In this document: positions 28,985 through 38,511 of the stretch, in pieces
How positions within the stretch are numbered: position 1 is the first letter of the stretch
How the letters are laid out: each line of letters starts with the position of its first letter
Origin: Planctomycetota bacterium
GTDB taxonomy: Bacteria; Planctomycetota; B15-G4
Direction: 5' to 3'
NCBI GenBank assembly: GCA_965248575.1
Contig: CBDFJQ010000002.1
Span: 2,624,001-2,688,000, forward strand
DNA length: 64,000 nt
Made by a program: the position numbers and the translations under genes
The notes under the pieces: model-generated
The model's database searches: none
What the model was told of the DNA's origin: nothing
Seen by the model: only the letters and a program-made list of their open reading frames with translations

Positions 28985-31432
28985 ATGATCCAAGACATGC
29001 CCTGCTGCGCGCCGTCTCCCACCCTGCCCTCCCGCCACAAACCGTGGCGGGCCCACGCTTTCTGGCGGGGCGCGGCCGAGGCCTGGTGCCTTGCCCTGCA
29101 GCGGGCGCTCCCCTCGACGCTGCAGCCGGTCCTGTTGCCGGCCCTGTTGACCGTGCTGCTCACGGCCTGTGGCGGCCAGGGCGCCGATGGAGGGGCGCAG
29201 GCAGGCGACTCTCCGGAGCGCTTTGCCGTGCTCGGACGTAACCTCAGCTGGGAACGTCTGGGCGAGGCCGCACCACCCCTGACCCTGGCGTGGACGGCGG
29301 AATCAGGTCTCGAGCAGTGGATTCAGGAATTTGGGCTCGAGAGCGCGAACTCGCCGACCTCTGCCCAGCAGTCTCCTGTGCCACGGCTCATCCGGCCCGA
29401 CGGCCGAGGCAAGGTCTGGCTCGACAGCCCGCTCGGGGCCGAACTGGCCACCGATGTCCTGCATTGGCTCACCCTTCGCGGCCAGACTCAGGGCGAGATG
29501 ACGCTCCATCTGCAGTGGCGGGCCGAGGGGGAGGACTTCTCCGACCAGCGGGCCAGCTCCCCCATGACCCTCACCGCCTCGGAGCAGAGCCAGACCTGGA
29601 GCGTGCCCTTGTCCAGCTTGCGGGGCGCCCTCTCCGCCGGGGATGTGTCGGAGGGGGTGGCCCAGTTCCGGCTGCTGTTCCAAGGCCGCGGCAGCTCGTT
29701 GAGCCTCGAATCCGTGGTGCTCTCGTCCGACTTCGACACCCCTTTCACGAGCCCGGTCCCCACCCTGCGACTTGCCCAGCGCGGTGTGTTGAGGGATGGC
29801 GTCATCCTGCGCGGGGCAGGCAGCCTGCGGGCAGACTGGACGCCAGCACCTCGGGAACGGCTGCGACTGAGCCTGGCCCTGGCCGGCGCGACAGAAGCGG
29901 TGGAGGTGGTCTTGCGAGACGCGGCCGGGCTGCTTCCTGCGCGACGCTTGCGCTGCGAGCCCGGTGCGGAATGGCAGGACGTCGCCATCGACCTTTCAGC
30001 CCTGAACGGCGCGAGCACGCAGCTGGTGCTGGAGCTGTCGCCCCACGGCAATCCCCTCACGACGCTGTTCGTGGGCAGCGTGCTGCGCATGGCACCGGAC
30101 CCGCAGCCCTTGCCCAACGTCATCGTCTATCTGGAAGACACGCTGCGGGCAGACCACCTCGGCAGCTACGGACACAGCCTGCCGACCGACCCGCATCTGC
30201 AACGCATGGCCCAGGCCGGAACACTCTTCGAGCAGACCTTCGCCGCCTCCAGTTGGACCCGGCCCGCGGTGAGCACGCTGCACACCTCCCTCGACCCCTT
30301 CGCCCACGGCAATGTGACGCACAACCGCAAGGTCTCCCTCGCAGCCGACACCTTGGCGGAATCCCTGGCCCAAGCGGGTTATCTCACGGCCTCCTTCGTG
30401 ACCAACTACCACGGCGGGACCTGGTCCGGCCTCGATCAGGGTTTCGACATGGCGCGCGAACCCACCGCCAATCAAACCACCCAGGTCAAGAGCACCCTCA
30501 CCTCCGCAGCCATCGCCGACTCCCTCGACGCTTACCTCATGGCCCACGCGGACGAACGGTTGTTCGTCTTCGTCCACAGCCTCGACCCCCACCAACCCTT
30601 CGAGCCGGAGAGCGACGACCTCTACACCATGACCCGTCGCGCGCCCGCAGCGCCTAGTGATCCCGTGGCCAGGGAACTGGCCGACCTGGCGCTGCGCTAC
30701 GACAGCGAGATCCTGCACAACGACCGCTTCCTGGAGCGCCTCGACAGCACGCTCGAGAGCTTGGGGCAGGCCGAAAGCACCGTGTTCGTGTTCACCTCCG
30801 ACCACGGCGAGGCTTTCGGCGAACACGGGCAGCGTCACCACCGCCAATCGTTGTTCCAGGAAGAGCTGCACGTGCCGTGGCTCCTGCGTTGGCCCAAGCG
30901 GATCGCTGCCGGCCGACGCGTGGACGCCTGGGCCGGGCACCTCGACCTGGCCCCCACTCTGCTGGGGTTGCTGGAATTGCAGGCCCCGCAGAGCTGGCAG
31001 GGTCGAGACCTCTCACCCCTGGTGCTTCCCCCGGACCCCGACGCGAGCTCCCGCAGCGCTGCCAGCCAGACGGGCCTGGACCTCGGGCGCCCGGTGCTCT
31101 CCCACTTCGTGGAAGAAGACGACCGCACGGAGTGGATGGTGGTGGCCCGAGCTCCCTACAAGCTGCTGCTGCCCTTGGGGCCAGACGGCCAGACTCCGGG
31201 AGCTCCGCGCCTCGTCCACCTGGGCGATGACCCCCTGGAAAAGGGGCTCAGCCTGGAGGCCGGCCAGCTCCAGGAAGAGCTCAGCGAAGCCGAGCGCAGC
31301 GCCCGCGATGCCCTGCTGCAGTGGGCTCTGCGCACCATGGGCGAAAGCCGGGCCTCCGCGTTGCAGGGCGAGTCCGAAGCCATGGATCCAGCGCTTCAGC
31401 AATGGATGCGGGAGATGGGCTACCTGAAGTAG
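28985..31432 (+). CDS. Sulfatase-like (alkaline phosphatase superfamily) lipoprotein; start uncertain
   Basis: Lipobox LTAC. Motifs EDTLRADH, SWTRPA (no CxPxR), DPHQP, YDSEI, TSDHGE, LHVP and C-terminal REMGYL. Confidence 0.8.
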   Translation: MIQDMPCCAPSPTLPSRHKPWRAHAFWRGAAEAWCLALQRALPSTLQPVLLPALLTVLLTACGGQGADGGAQAGDSPERFAVLGRNLSWERLGEAAPPLTLAWTAESGLEQWIQEFGLESANSPTSAQQSPVPRLIRPDGRGKVWLDSPLGAELATDVLHWLTLRGQTQGEMTLHLQWRAEGEDFSDQRASSPMTLTASEQSQTWSVPLSSLRGALSAGDVSEGVAQFRLLFQGRGSSLSLESVVLSSDFDTPFTSPVPTLRLAQRGVLRDGVILRGAGSLRADWTPAPRERLRLSLALAGATEAVEVVLRDAAGLLPARRLRCEPGAEWQDVAIDLSALNGASTQLVLELSPHGNPLTTLFVGSVLRMAPDPQPLPNVIVYLEDTLRADHLGSYGHSLPTDPHLQRMAQAGTLFEQTFAASSWTRPAVSTLHTSLDPFAHGNVTHNRKVSLAADTLAESLAQAGYLTASFVTNYHGGTWSGLDQGFDMAREPTANQTTQVKSTLTSAAIADSLDAYLMAHADERLFVFVHSLDPHQPFEPESDDLYTMTRRAPAAPSDPVARELADLALRYDSEILHNDRFLERLDSTLESLGQAESTVFVFTSDHGEAFGEHGQRHHRQSLFQEELHVPWLLRWPKRIAAGRRVDAWAGHLDLAPTLLGLLELQAPQSWQGRDLSPLVLPPDPDASSRSAASQTGLDLGRPVLSHFVEEDDRTEWMVVARAPYKLLLPLGPDGQTPGAPRLVHLGDDPLEKGLSLEAGQLQEELSEAERSARDALLQWALRTMGESRASALQGESEAMDPALQQWMREMGYLK

Positions 31433-31541
31433 CCCGGGCTCGCGGGGATTTGGGGCTCAGCCGTGGAATACTGTGCAACCTCGCGTACATCGCAACATCC
31501 CATGCTGGCCAGCCCGTAGGTCTCCGCCGGAAGCTCCAACC

Positions 31542-32714
31542 ATGCCCACGTCCATCAACAGCTCCGCTCCCTCCGACGTGCTCAACGTCGTGCAGACCCG
31601 TTACGCAGAGGGCGCGACCACTGAAGTGCCCGAACTCTGCTGCCCCGTGGACTACGACGCCCAATACCTGGAGGTCATCCCCAAGGAAGTGGTGGAGCGG
31701 GACTATGGCTGCGGCGACCCCTCCAAGTGGCTCGCGGCAGGGGAGACAGTGCTCGACCTCGGCAGCGGCACCGGCAAGATCTGCTTCATCGCGTCGCAGG
31801 TCGTGGGCGCCACCGGCAAGGTGATCGGCGTCGACATGACGGACGACATGCTGGAGGTTGCCCGCCGCAACGCCCCCGTGGTCGCCGAGCGCATCGGCTA
31901 CGAAAACGTGCAGTTCGTGAAGGCCCACATCGAAGACCTGGGCTTGGACCGCGATGCGCTGGACAAGCACCTGGCCGCTGCCCCCGTGAGCAACGAGCAG
32001 GACTTGGCCCGGGTCCAGAGCTGGATCGAGACCGAGCGCGCCGTCCGCCCCCTGGTGGCGGACGACAGCGTGGATGTGGTGGTCAGCAACTGCGTGCTCA
32101 ACCTCGTGGATCCGGGGCGCAAGAAGCGTCTCTTCGCCGAGATCTTCCGGGTGCTCAAGCGCGGCGGGCGGGCGGTGATCTCCGACATCGTGTGCGACGA
32201 AGACATCCCCGCACACATGGCTGCCGACCCGGAGCTGTGGAGCGGGTGTATCTCCGGCGCCTTCCGCGAAGACGAGTTCCTGCAGGCCTTCGAGCAGGCC
32301 GGCTTCCATGGCATCGAGTTGGTGTCCCGAAGTGCCGAGCCCTGGCACGTGGTGGAGGGCATCGAGTTCCGCAGCGTCACGGTGCGAGCCTGGAAGGGCA
32401 AGCAAGGAGCCTGCCTCGAACAGGGCCAGGCCGTCCTCTACAAGGGCCCGTGGAGCAAGGTGGTCGACGATGACGGCCATGAGTTCCCGCGCGGGGTGCC
32501 CATGGCGGTGTGCGGCAAGACCTTCAAGATCATGACCGGCGAGCCCTACGCCTCCCACGTCGTGGGCATGGAGCCGGCCACTCCCATCGCAGCTGCAGCG
32601 GCTGCGAACTTCGCATGCAGCGGCAGCCAGAGGCGCAACCCCGCCGACCTCAAGCAAGGCGCCAAGCCCTCCACCGACGGCGCGGCATGTTGCGAGCCGG
32701 GCGAGTGTTGCTGA
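31542..32714 (+). CDS. arsM: Arsenite methyltransferase-like protein (ArsM/AS3MT family)
   Basis: LCCP, YGCG, VLDLGSG.G (SAM motif I), VSNCVLNL and WSGCISGA match the four conserved As-binding Cys positions. Cys-rich tail CCEPGECC. Confidence 0.82.
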   Translation: MPTSINSSAPSDVLNVVQTRYAEGATTEVPELCCPVDYDAQYLEVIPKEVVERDYGCGDPSKWLAAGETVLDLGSGTGKICFIASQVVGATGKVIGVDMTDDMLEVARRNAPVVAERIGYENVQFVKAHIEDLGLDRDALDKHLAAAPVSNEQDLARVQSWIETERAVRPLVADDSVDVVVSNCVLNLVDPGRKKRLFAEIFRVLKRGGRAVISDIVCDEDIPAHMAADPELWSGCISGAFREDEFLQAFEQAGFHGIELVSRSAEPWHVVEGIEFRSVTVRAWKGKQGACLEQGQAVLYKGPWSKVVDDDGHEFPRGVPMAVCGKTFKIMTGEPYASHVVGMEPATPIAAAAAANFACSGSQRRNPADLKQGAKPSTDGAACCEPGECC

Positions 32715-33682
32715 GCTCGACCACGAATCGATTCTCGGAGGCGCTGGAAGCACACCAGCAGCCTGCCCTGCGCCGGCGCAACCCCACGACGCTGCAAGTC
32801 AACCTGGGAAAGCTCTGCAACCAGGCCTGCCACCACTGTCATGTGGATGCGGGGCCGCGGCGCAGCGAACTCATGGACCTGCCCACGGTGGAGCGCGTCC
32901 TGACTCTTCTGGGTGCGAGCCCCGATGTCCAGCTGGTGGACCTCACCGGGGGCGCTCCCGAGCTCAACCCGAACTTTCGGCACCTGGTGCAAGGCGTCCG
33001 AGCCTTGGGCCGACAGGTCATGGTGCGCTGCAACCTGACGGTCCTTTACGAACCGGGGCAGGAAGACACCGCCGCCTTCTACGCCCAGCACGACGTCCGG
33101 CTCGTGGCGTCCCTTCCCTGTTACACCGAAGCCAACGTCGACAAGCAGCGCGGGGGTGGCACCTTCGACGCATCGATCCGCGCCTTGCGACAACTCAACA
33201 CCCATGGCTATGGCCGCGAGCGTTCCCTCGACCTGGTGTTCAACCCGGGCGGGCCCTCGCTGCCTCCACCCCAAGCAGCCCTTGAGCGGGACTATCGCGA
33301 GCGCCTCGCGTCCGACCACGGCATCGTCTTCAACCGCCTGTTGGCCATTGCCAACATGCCCATCCACCGCTTCGCTGACGACCTCGAACGCAACGGTCAG
33401 TTGGCAAGCTACGAACAGCTGTTGGTGGACGCCTTCAATCCAGATGCCACGCACGACGTCATGTGCCGCGACCTGGTCAGCGTGGATTGGGATGGGCGCC
33501 TCGCTGAGTGCGACTTCCATCTGATGCTGGAACTCCCCCTCGGGGGCGGCTTCTCGACGATTCATGACATCGAGAGGCTCGGGTTGCTAGCGGACGCGCC
33601 GATCACCACGGCAACCCACTGCCTGGGATGCACCGCCGGCCAGGGGAGCAGTTGCGGCGGCGCCCTGACAGCCACAGACTGA
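32705..33682 (+). CDS. arsS: Arsenosugar-biosynthesis radical SAM protein (TIGR04167/DUF3641 family)
   Basis: QVNLGKLCNQACHHCHVDAGP, DLTGGAPEL, ASLPCY, VDKQRG, MCR..VSVDWDG..CDF and HCLGCTAGQGSSCGG. GTG/TTG start overlaps the arsM stop. Confidence 0.88.
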   Translation: MLLSSTTNRFSEALEAHQQPALRRRNPTTLQVNLGKLCNQACHHCHVDAGPRRSELMDLPTVERVLTLLGASPDVQLVDLTGGAPELNPNFRHLVQGVRALGRQVMVRCNLTVLYEPGQEDTAAFYAQHDVRLVASLPCYTEANVDKQRGGGTFDASIRALRQLNTHGYGRERSLDLVFNPGGPSLPPPQAALERDYRERLASDHGIVFNRLLAIANMPIHRFADDLERNGQLASYEQLLVDAFNPDATHDVMCRDLVSVDWDGRLAECDFHLMLELPLGGGFSTIHDIERLGLLADAPITTATHCLGCTAGQGSSCGGALTATD

Positions 33683-33762
33683 GGTCTGCCCCGGCCCCAG
33701 CGCGTCGGCCCCCCCACTCCCTCCGCCGATCCGGCCCGCGGCGGATTCCCTCCCGCAAGCCC

Positions 33763-35157
33763 ATGACCGAGACCGAGACCCGGCGCCTCATCGTTCTCGC
33801 CAAGCCTCCGCTGCTGGGGCGGGCCAAGAGCCGCCTCGCACAAGGCGTAGGAGTCGGCCGCGCAGCACGCCTGGCCCGGGCCATGTTGAGGGACACCTGG
33901 GGTGCGGCCAGCGCCCTGTGCGCCGCGGACCCCCGCATCGACCTCCAACTGGCAGTGAGCGATGAGCTGGAGACCTACCCGCTGCTTCAGCCCGCCGCCC
34001 AAACCCGTTCCCAGGGGCCGGGTGACCTCGGACAACGCATGGCGCAGCTCATGGCCGCCTCGCTGTCCGAAGAGGGCGTGACCCACGTGCTCTTGCTGGG
34101 TACGGATAGCCCGGCTCTCCCACACGAACATCTCCGGCAGGCATGGTCCCTGCTGGAGCAACACGACCTGGTGCTCGGTTCGCAAGCAGACGGCGGTTTC
34201 TGGTGCCTCGGTGCTCGTGCTGCCCGAGTCGCAGGGCCGCCCACCGACCGCCCGGCTCGAGACCCCCACTGGCTGGACGGCGTCGATTGGACGCGGGACG
34301 GCACCGCCGAGCCTGTGCGCGAGCGAGCCCGGGCTGGCGGCTGGAGTCTGGGCGAGGCCCCTGCATTCTTTGACATCGACCACGCCAGGGATCTCCCCCG
34401 CCTGCACAACCTGCTGCAGGCCGAGCCAGCCCTCGCCCCCGCGACCCTGAGCGAACTCGAGCGCAACACGGACGACCCCCTGAGCGTCGTCGTGGCTTCC
34501 TTGAACGAAGGGGAAGCTCTCGACCGCAGCCTCGACGCCCTCGCGCCTCATGGAGATGCGCTGGATGTGATCGTGGCCGACGGTGGAAGTTGCGACGGAA
34601 GCCCCCAGCGAGCCGCGGCGCGCCCCAACGTCAGCGTGTGCCTGAGCCCGCCTGGTCGCGGGCGGCAGCTCGCCGCGGGTGCCGCGCTCTCCACCGGCTC
34701 GCGACTGCTGTTCCTGCATGCCGATGTCCGGCTCCCACCCGACGGCCTCTCCTTGCTTGCCAGCGCGCTGGATGAAGACGGCGTCGAAGCGGGTGCCTTC
34801 GTGACGCGCACCTTGCCGGAGCCCGGCCTTCCCAACCGGGCGGGCCCCTTGCTGCAGTTGGCCGACCTGCGCTCGCGCATCTCCCGCTACCCCTATGGGG
34901 ACCAGGCGGTGTTCATGACTCGCGCGGTCTATGAGGCGGTGGGCGGCTTTCAGGACATGCCCCTGCTCGAGGACTACGACCTGTCCCGTCGACTCGCCGC
35001 ACGTCGCCCCCTGCATCGCATCAAGACGCCGGTTACGGTCTCGGGGCGGCGTATGCAATCGCACCCTTTGAAGGCCGCGCTGCTCATGCGCTCCATCCCG
35101 ATCCTGTACCGCCTCGGCGTGGACCCACGCACCCTGGCGCGGCTCTACCGATCCTGA
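33763..35157 (+). CDS. Fusion of a DUF2064/TIGR04282 (CofC-like) domain and a TIGR04283-like GT2 glycosyltransferase
   Basis: N-half: LAKPP..GRAKSRL, QGPGDLGQRM, GTDSP, ADGGFW and DID. C-half: SVVVASLNE, ADGGS.DG, GRGRQL..GA, LFLHAD, PYGDQ, LLED and SGRR. No stop between the halves. Confidence 0.85.
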   Translation: MTETETRRLIVLAKPPLLGRAKSRLAQGVGVGRAARLARAMLRDTWGAASALCAADPRIDLQLAVSDELETYPLLQPAAQTRSQGPGDLGQRMAQLMAASLSEEGVTHVLLLGTDSPALPHEHLRQAWSLLEQHDLVLGSQADGGFWCLGARAARVAGPPTDRPARDPHWLDGVDWTRDGTAEPVRERARAGGWSLGEAPAFFDIDHARDLPRLHNLLQAEPALAPATLSELERNTDDPLSVVVASLNEGEALDRSLDALAPHGDALDVIVADGGSCDGSPQRAAARPNVSVCLSPPGRGRQLAAGAALSTGSRLLFLHADVRLPPDGLSLLASALDEDGVEAGAFVTRTLPEPGLPNRAGPLLQLADLRSRISRYPYGDQAVFMTRAVYEAVGGFQDMPLLEDYDLSRRLAARRPLHRIKTPVTVSGRRMQSHPLKAALLMRSIPILYRLGVDPRTLARLYRS

Positions 35158-36374
35158 GCCCCGCCTCCCGGACCAGGACCTGGGCCGCCACCGCTGGCAG
35201 GTGCCGAGGCCACGCCTGAGCGTGCGCGCAGTCTCTCGAGACGCTCTTCGTAGCGCTGCACGAGGACGTCCACCTCGTCCATCCTGCCGCTGCGTGCCAG
35301 CACGCGCGAAAGACGCCAGCACGCCTTGAGGTGCTTCGGGCGCACGTCCAGCACCCGCTTCAGCAGGTTCTCCGCTTCGTCCAGGAGCCCCATGTCCTCG
35401 CGAATCCCTGCCAGCACCAGCAGCGCGTCGATGTGATCCGGCTGCTGCACGAGACAACTTTCCAGCAAGGACACGGCGAGATCTTTCTCGCCCATGCGAC
35501 TCCGACAACGCGCCAAACCCACCTGCGCGCCGCGGTTGCTACGCGCGTCTTCCAGGACGAGCTCGTAACACTCCACGGCCTCTTCCAGCCGGTCCGTGGA
35601 ACGGAAGAGATCGCCCTGCGCCATGAGCAGCAGGTTGCGATCGGGCCCGGCTTCCTGCAGGCCCAGTTCCAGCTCTTGCTCTGCGCGCTCGAAGCGCTGC
35701 CAACGGGTGAGAGCCTGGGCGTAAAGTGCGCGGACGTCCCCACGCGACGGAGCTCGACCCAACGCTTGCTCGAGCAAGGGCAGCGCGTGCTCCAGCAAGG
35801 AGTCATCACCCATGAGACTTTCGGCGCGGGCCGCCAAGAGCTCTGCCTCAAGCTCATTGGAGGTCCACTCTGCGCTCTCGCCCTTGAGCCGGTCCAGCAC
35901 CCGCCGCGTGGCACTGAAATCCTCCAGGGCCATGAGGACCCGGGCATGCAGGGCCGACACATCCAGATTGTCCCGGTGCAACGCAGCCAACTGGATCACG
36001 GACGCGCTGACCGCCTGGGGCCCATCACTCTCGAGTACGACCCGCAGCCGCGCCAGGTCGAGTTGCAAGACGGTTGAGTCGGGCCCCAAGTTCAGGCCTC
36101 CCAGGAACTTCCGAGTCTCCGAGATCTTGCGCAGATCCAGCATCGCCAACGCCCGCTGCCCGAGGACGCGCAGGTTGGCACGCACCTCGGCGGGCGCCTC
36201 GCGCATGCTTCGCAGGGCATCCCGGGCCGCGCCGTCCCTGCGTTGGGAGCGCATGCTGCGGACCAGGCTGCTGACGTCCGTGGACGTCGATTGAGCGCTC
36301 AGATCCGGGGCCACCGCCCCGACCAGGACCAAGACAGTCAGGAGCAAGGCTGCCAACCTGCACAAGCCTCTCAT
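35145..36374 (-). CDS. Exported tetratricopeptide-repeat protein
   Basis: Signal peptide from ATG 36374 (ATGA overlap with the upstream stop). Repeated TPR-like helices (LEEAVECYELVL, AENLLKRVLDVRP). Confidence 0.75.
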   Translation of the reverse strand: MRGLCRLAALLLTVLVLVGAVAPDLSAQSTSTDVSSLVRSMRSQRRDGAARDALRSMREAPAEVRANLRVLGQRALAMLDLRKISETRKFLGGLNLGPDSTVLQLDLARLRVVLESDGPQAVSASVIQLAALHRDNLDVSALHARVLMALEDFSATRRVLDRLKGESAEWTSNELEAELLAARAESLMGDDSLLEHALPLLEQALGRAPSRGDVRALYAQALTRWQRFERAEQELELGLQEAGPDRNLLLMAQGDLFRSTDRLEEAVECYELVLEDARSNRGAQVGLARCRSRMGEKDLAVSLLESCLVQQPDHIDALLVLAGIREDMGLLDEAENLLKRVLDVRPKHLKACWRLSRVLARSGRMDEVDVLVQRYEERLERLRARSGVASAPASGGGPGPGPGGGAQDR

Positions 36375-38260
36375 CGGCCTGAACCGTGTGCCAAGACGAG
36401 CTTCTGATCGGGGGCCTGCTCCTCCCACCGATCCTCGCTGCCATCGAGCCAACGGACCGTGACCTTCAGGCTGCGACTGGAGCGCGGCAATCCGAAGTGC
36501 ACCACACGCGATTCGACCCCCAGAAAAGAGGAGCCTCGTCTCACTTCCTTGACCCAACGCCGTTCGCCGGCGTTGACCTCCACTCGCGCACCCACCGAGC
36601 GGGACATGGGCCGCAGGTCGACCTTCAGCCAGCGCCCTTCGTGTTCATAGATGTTCTCCAACACCGTCGGCGCGCCGTCGAGCACGCCCACGATGAGGTC
36701 AATGTCGCCATCGTTGTCGGTGTCCCCGGCTGCGAGCCCACGACTCGCACGCTCTTCGGAGAAGCTGCGCGCCGCACTGTCATCCACGGCCATGGGCGCA
36801 AAGCGGTCGTCCTCCCAGGTGAACAACTTGTCCGGTTGCCCGAACCGCACCTGGCTGATGTCGCAGCCCTCGACCTGGGGATACACGTGCCCGTTCGCGA
36901 TGAAGAGATCCGTATCGCCGTCCAGCTCCGCATCAAAGAGGCTGACCCCCCAACCCAAGTCGAAGTAGGACGGTCTGCCGATGCCGAAGCGACCGGCCTC
37001 GTCAAAAAACAAGGCGCCGTACTTCTTGGCCGAGGCATTCCGGAAGAGCGCGTTGGGCTCCCGGGAGAAGTTGGTCATGACCATGTCGAACAGCCCGTCC
37101 CCGTCAACGTCGCCCACAGCCACCCCCATGCCAGCCTGCTCCTTGCCGGAATCCGAGAGGGCCAGCCCGCTGCGCATGGCCTGCTCTGCCAACATCGGCA
37201 AGCCGTCGTCGCCCACACCCTTGTTGAGATAGAAGTTGTTGGGCATGGAGTCGTTGGACACGAACAGGTCCAGGTCGCCGTCGTCATCCAGGTCACTGAA
37301 GACCGGCTGGAATCCATAGGCCGGACGGGCCTTGCCCACGGCGGTCTCCTGGGTGATCTCGGAGAAATTCCCGGAGCCATCATTCAAGAAAAGCCGATCC
37401 CCTTGGGCTGAGAGCCCTTTGGGACCACAGGGCACCTCGCAGCCCAACCAGCGGCAGGGCTGCCCGCTGAGCATGCGGTGCGACAGGTCGTGGGCGAGGT
37501 AGTTGGCCACATAGGCATCGAGATCGCCGTCGCCATCGATGTCACCGAAGGCAGCCCCCGTGCTCCAGTCATTCTCGTCGCCCGCCAGCCCACCGCCGTC
37601 GGGCACCCGGCGCAACTGAACGCTCGCTTCTTCACCCGCGAAACGAGAGGTCTCGAGCAGGTTCTCCAACAAGACATTGTGGCCAAGGTTCGTGACGAAG
37701 ATGTCTTCGTCGCCGTCGTCGTCCACATCGCCCGCAGTGACTCCGAACCCGAACCCCTCGCTCAGGTCTCCGGCCGTCTGGCTGACGTTGTGGAAGCGCC
37801 CGCCACCATCATTCAGATACAGCTCGTCCCGGGATGCACTCCCCGTCTGCACCTCGCCCTGGGAGTTCACATCCGCTCCCTGCACCATGTACAGGTCGAG
37901 GTTGCCGTCGTCATCCACGTCGAACAGGCCCACCCCGCTGCCGACGCACTCCACCATGAAGCGCTTGTCGCTGCCCACGGCCCCCGAATGGTGCGTGAAG
38001 GTCACGCCCGACTGCTCAGGGGTGCGGCTACGGAATCCTCGACCGCCCGCAGGCTCCGCCACGATGGCGGACGAGTTGTTCGTCAGATCCCGGTCGAGCG
38101 GAAGCTCGCGTGAGAGCGGAGACGCGATCTGTGCACCCGCGCCACCGGCAATGCAGCAACCGATCCCCGCCGCCATCCAGGAGCGGCGAGCCACCCGGAC
38201 AACGCACACGGAACGGAAGGCAAGCCAGAGGCGACGGACCATGGATGGGGCCCGAGCCAA
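36371..38260 (-). CDS. CRTAC1-family protein (FG-GAP repeats plus ASPIC/UnbV domain); start uncertain
   Basis: SGVGLFD.DDDG.LD, multiple GD.DGDG..D repeats, QAGMG, and C-terminal VGARV..GSSFLG..VHFGL..VRW. Confidence 0.9.
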   Translation of the reverse strand: MARAPSMVRRLWLAFRSVCVVRVARRSWMAAGIGCCIAGGAGAQIASPLSRELPLDRDLTNNSSAIVAEPAGGRGFRSRTPEQSGVTFTHHSGAVGSDKRFMVECVGSGVGLFDVDDDGNLDLYMVQGADVNSQGEVQTGSASRDELYLNDGGGRFHNVSQTAGDLSEGFGFGVTAGDVDDDGDEDIFVTNLGHNVLLENLLETSRFAGEEASVQLRRVPDGGGLAGDENDWSTGAAFGDIDGDGDLDAYVANYLAHDLSHRMLSGQPCRWLGCEVPCGPKGLSAQGDRLFLNDGSGNFSEITQETAVGKARPAYGFQPVFSDLDDDGDLDLFVSNDSMPNNFYLNKGVGDDGLPMLAEQAMRSGLALSDSGKEQAGMGVAVGDVDGDGLFDMVMTNFSREPNALFRNASAKKYGALFFDEAGRFGIGRPSYFDLGWGVSLFDAELDGDTDLFIANGHVYPQVEGCDISQVRFGQPDKLFTWEDDRFAPMAVDDSAARSFSEERASRGLAAGDTDNDGDIDLIVGVLDGAPTVLENIYEHEGRWLKVDLRPMSRSVGARVEVNAGERRWVKEVRRGSSFLGVESRVVHFGLPRSSRSLKVTVRWLDGSEDRWEEQAPDQKLVLAHGSGR

Positions 38261-38511
38261 GGTTGGCTCCTCGTGAGCGGATTGGAGAGTTGGAAGTCTG
38301 TCCCGAGTCGCTTCCCTCTGCCCAGCAACGCCTTCGATGTGCCCGAAGGGGACCGCTGCGAGACTCGGAGAGTCGCCCGGCGATTCCTGACCGCGGCCCC
38401 CCCGGGTCGCGTTGCGTCACAGAATCGTCATTGCCCAGCTTAGCAGTCCGATCCGGGCTGGGGTGGGGATTGAGACCCAAATCCAGACGAAATCGGCATG
38501 ATCGGCGCCCC

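Noticed and set aside
32706..32760. arsM TGA after Cys-Cys as possible selenocysteine readthrough
   Set aside because: No evident SECIS-like hairpin follows. The downstream sequence is the arsS coding region in another frame.
33640..33665. Selenocysteine in the ArsS GSSxGG motif, as in some family members
   Set aside because: The codon here is TGC (Cys).
35145..38260. UnbV/ASPIC protein as a marker of an enediyne biosynthetic cluster
   Set aside because: There are no PKS genes. CRTAC1 plus TPR pairs are common stand-alone genes in this kind of genome.
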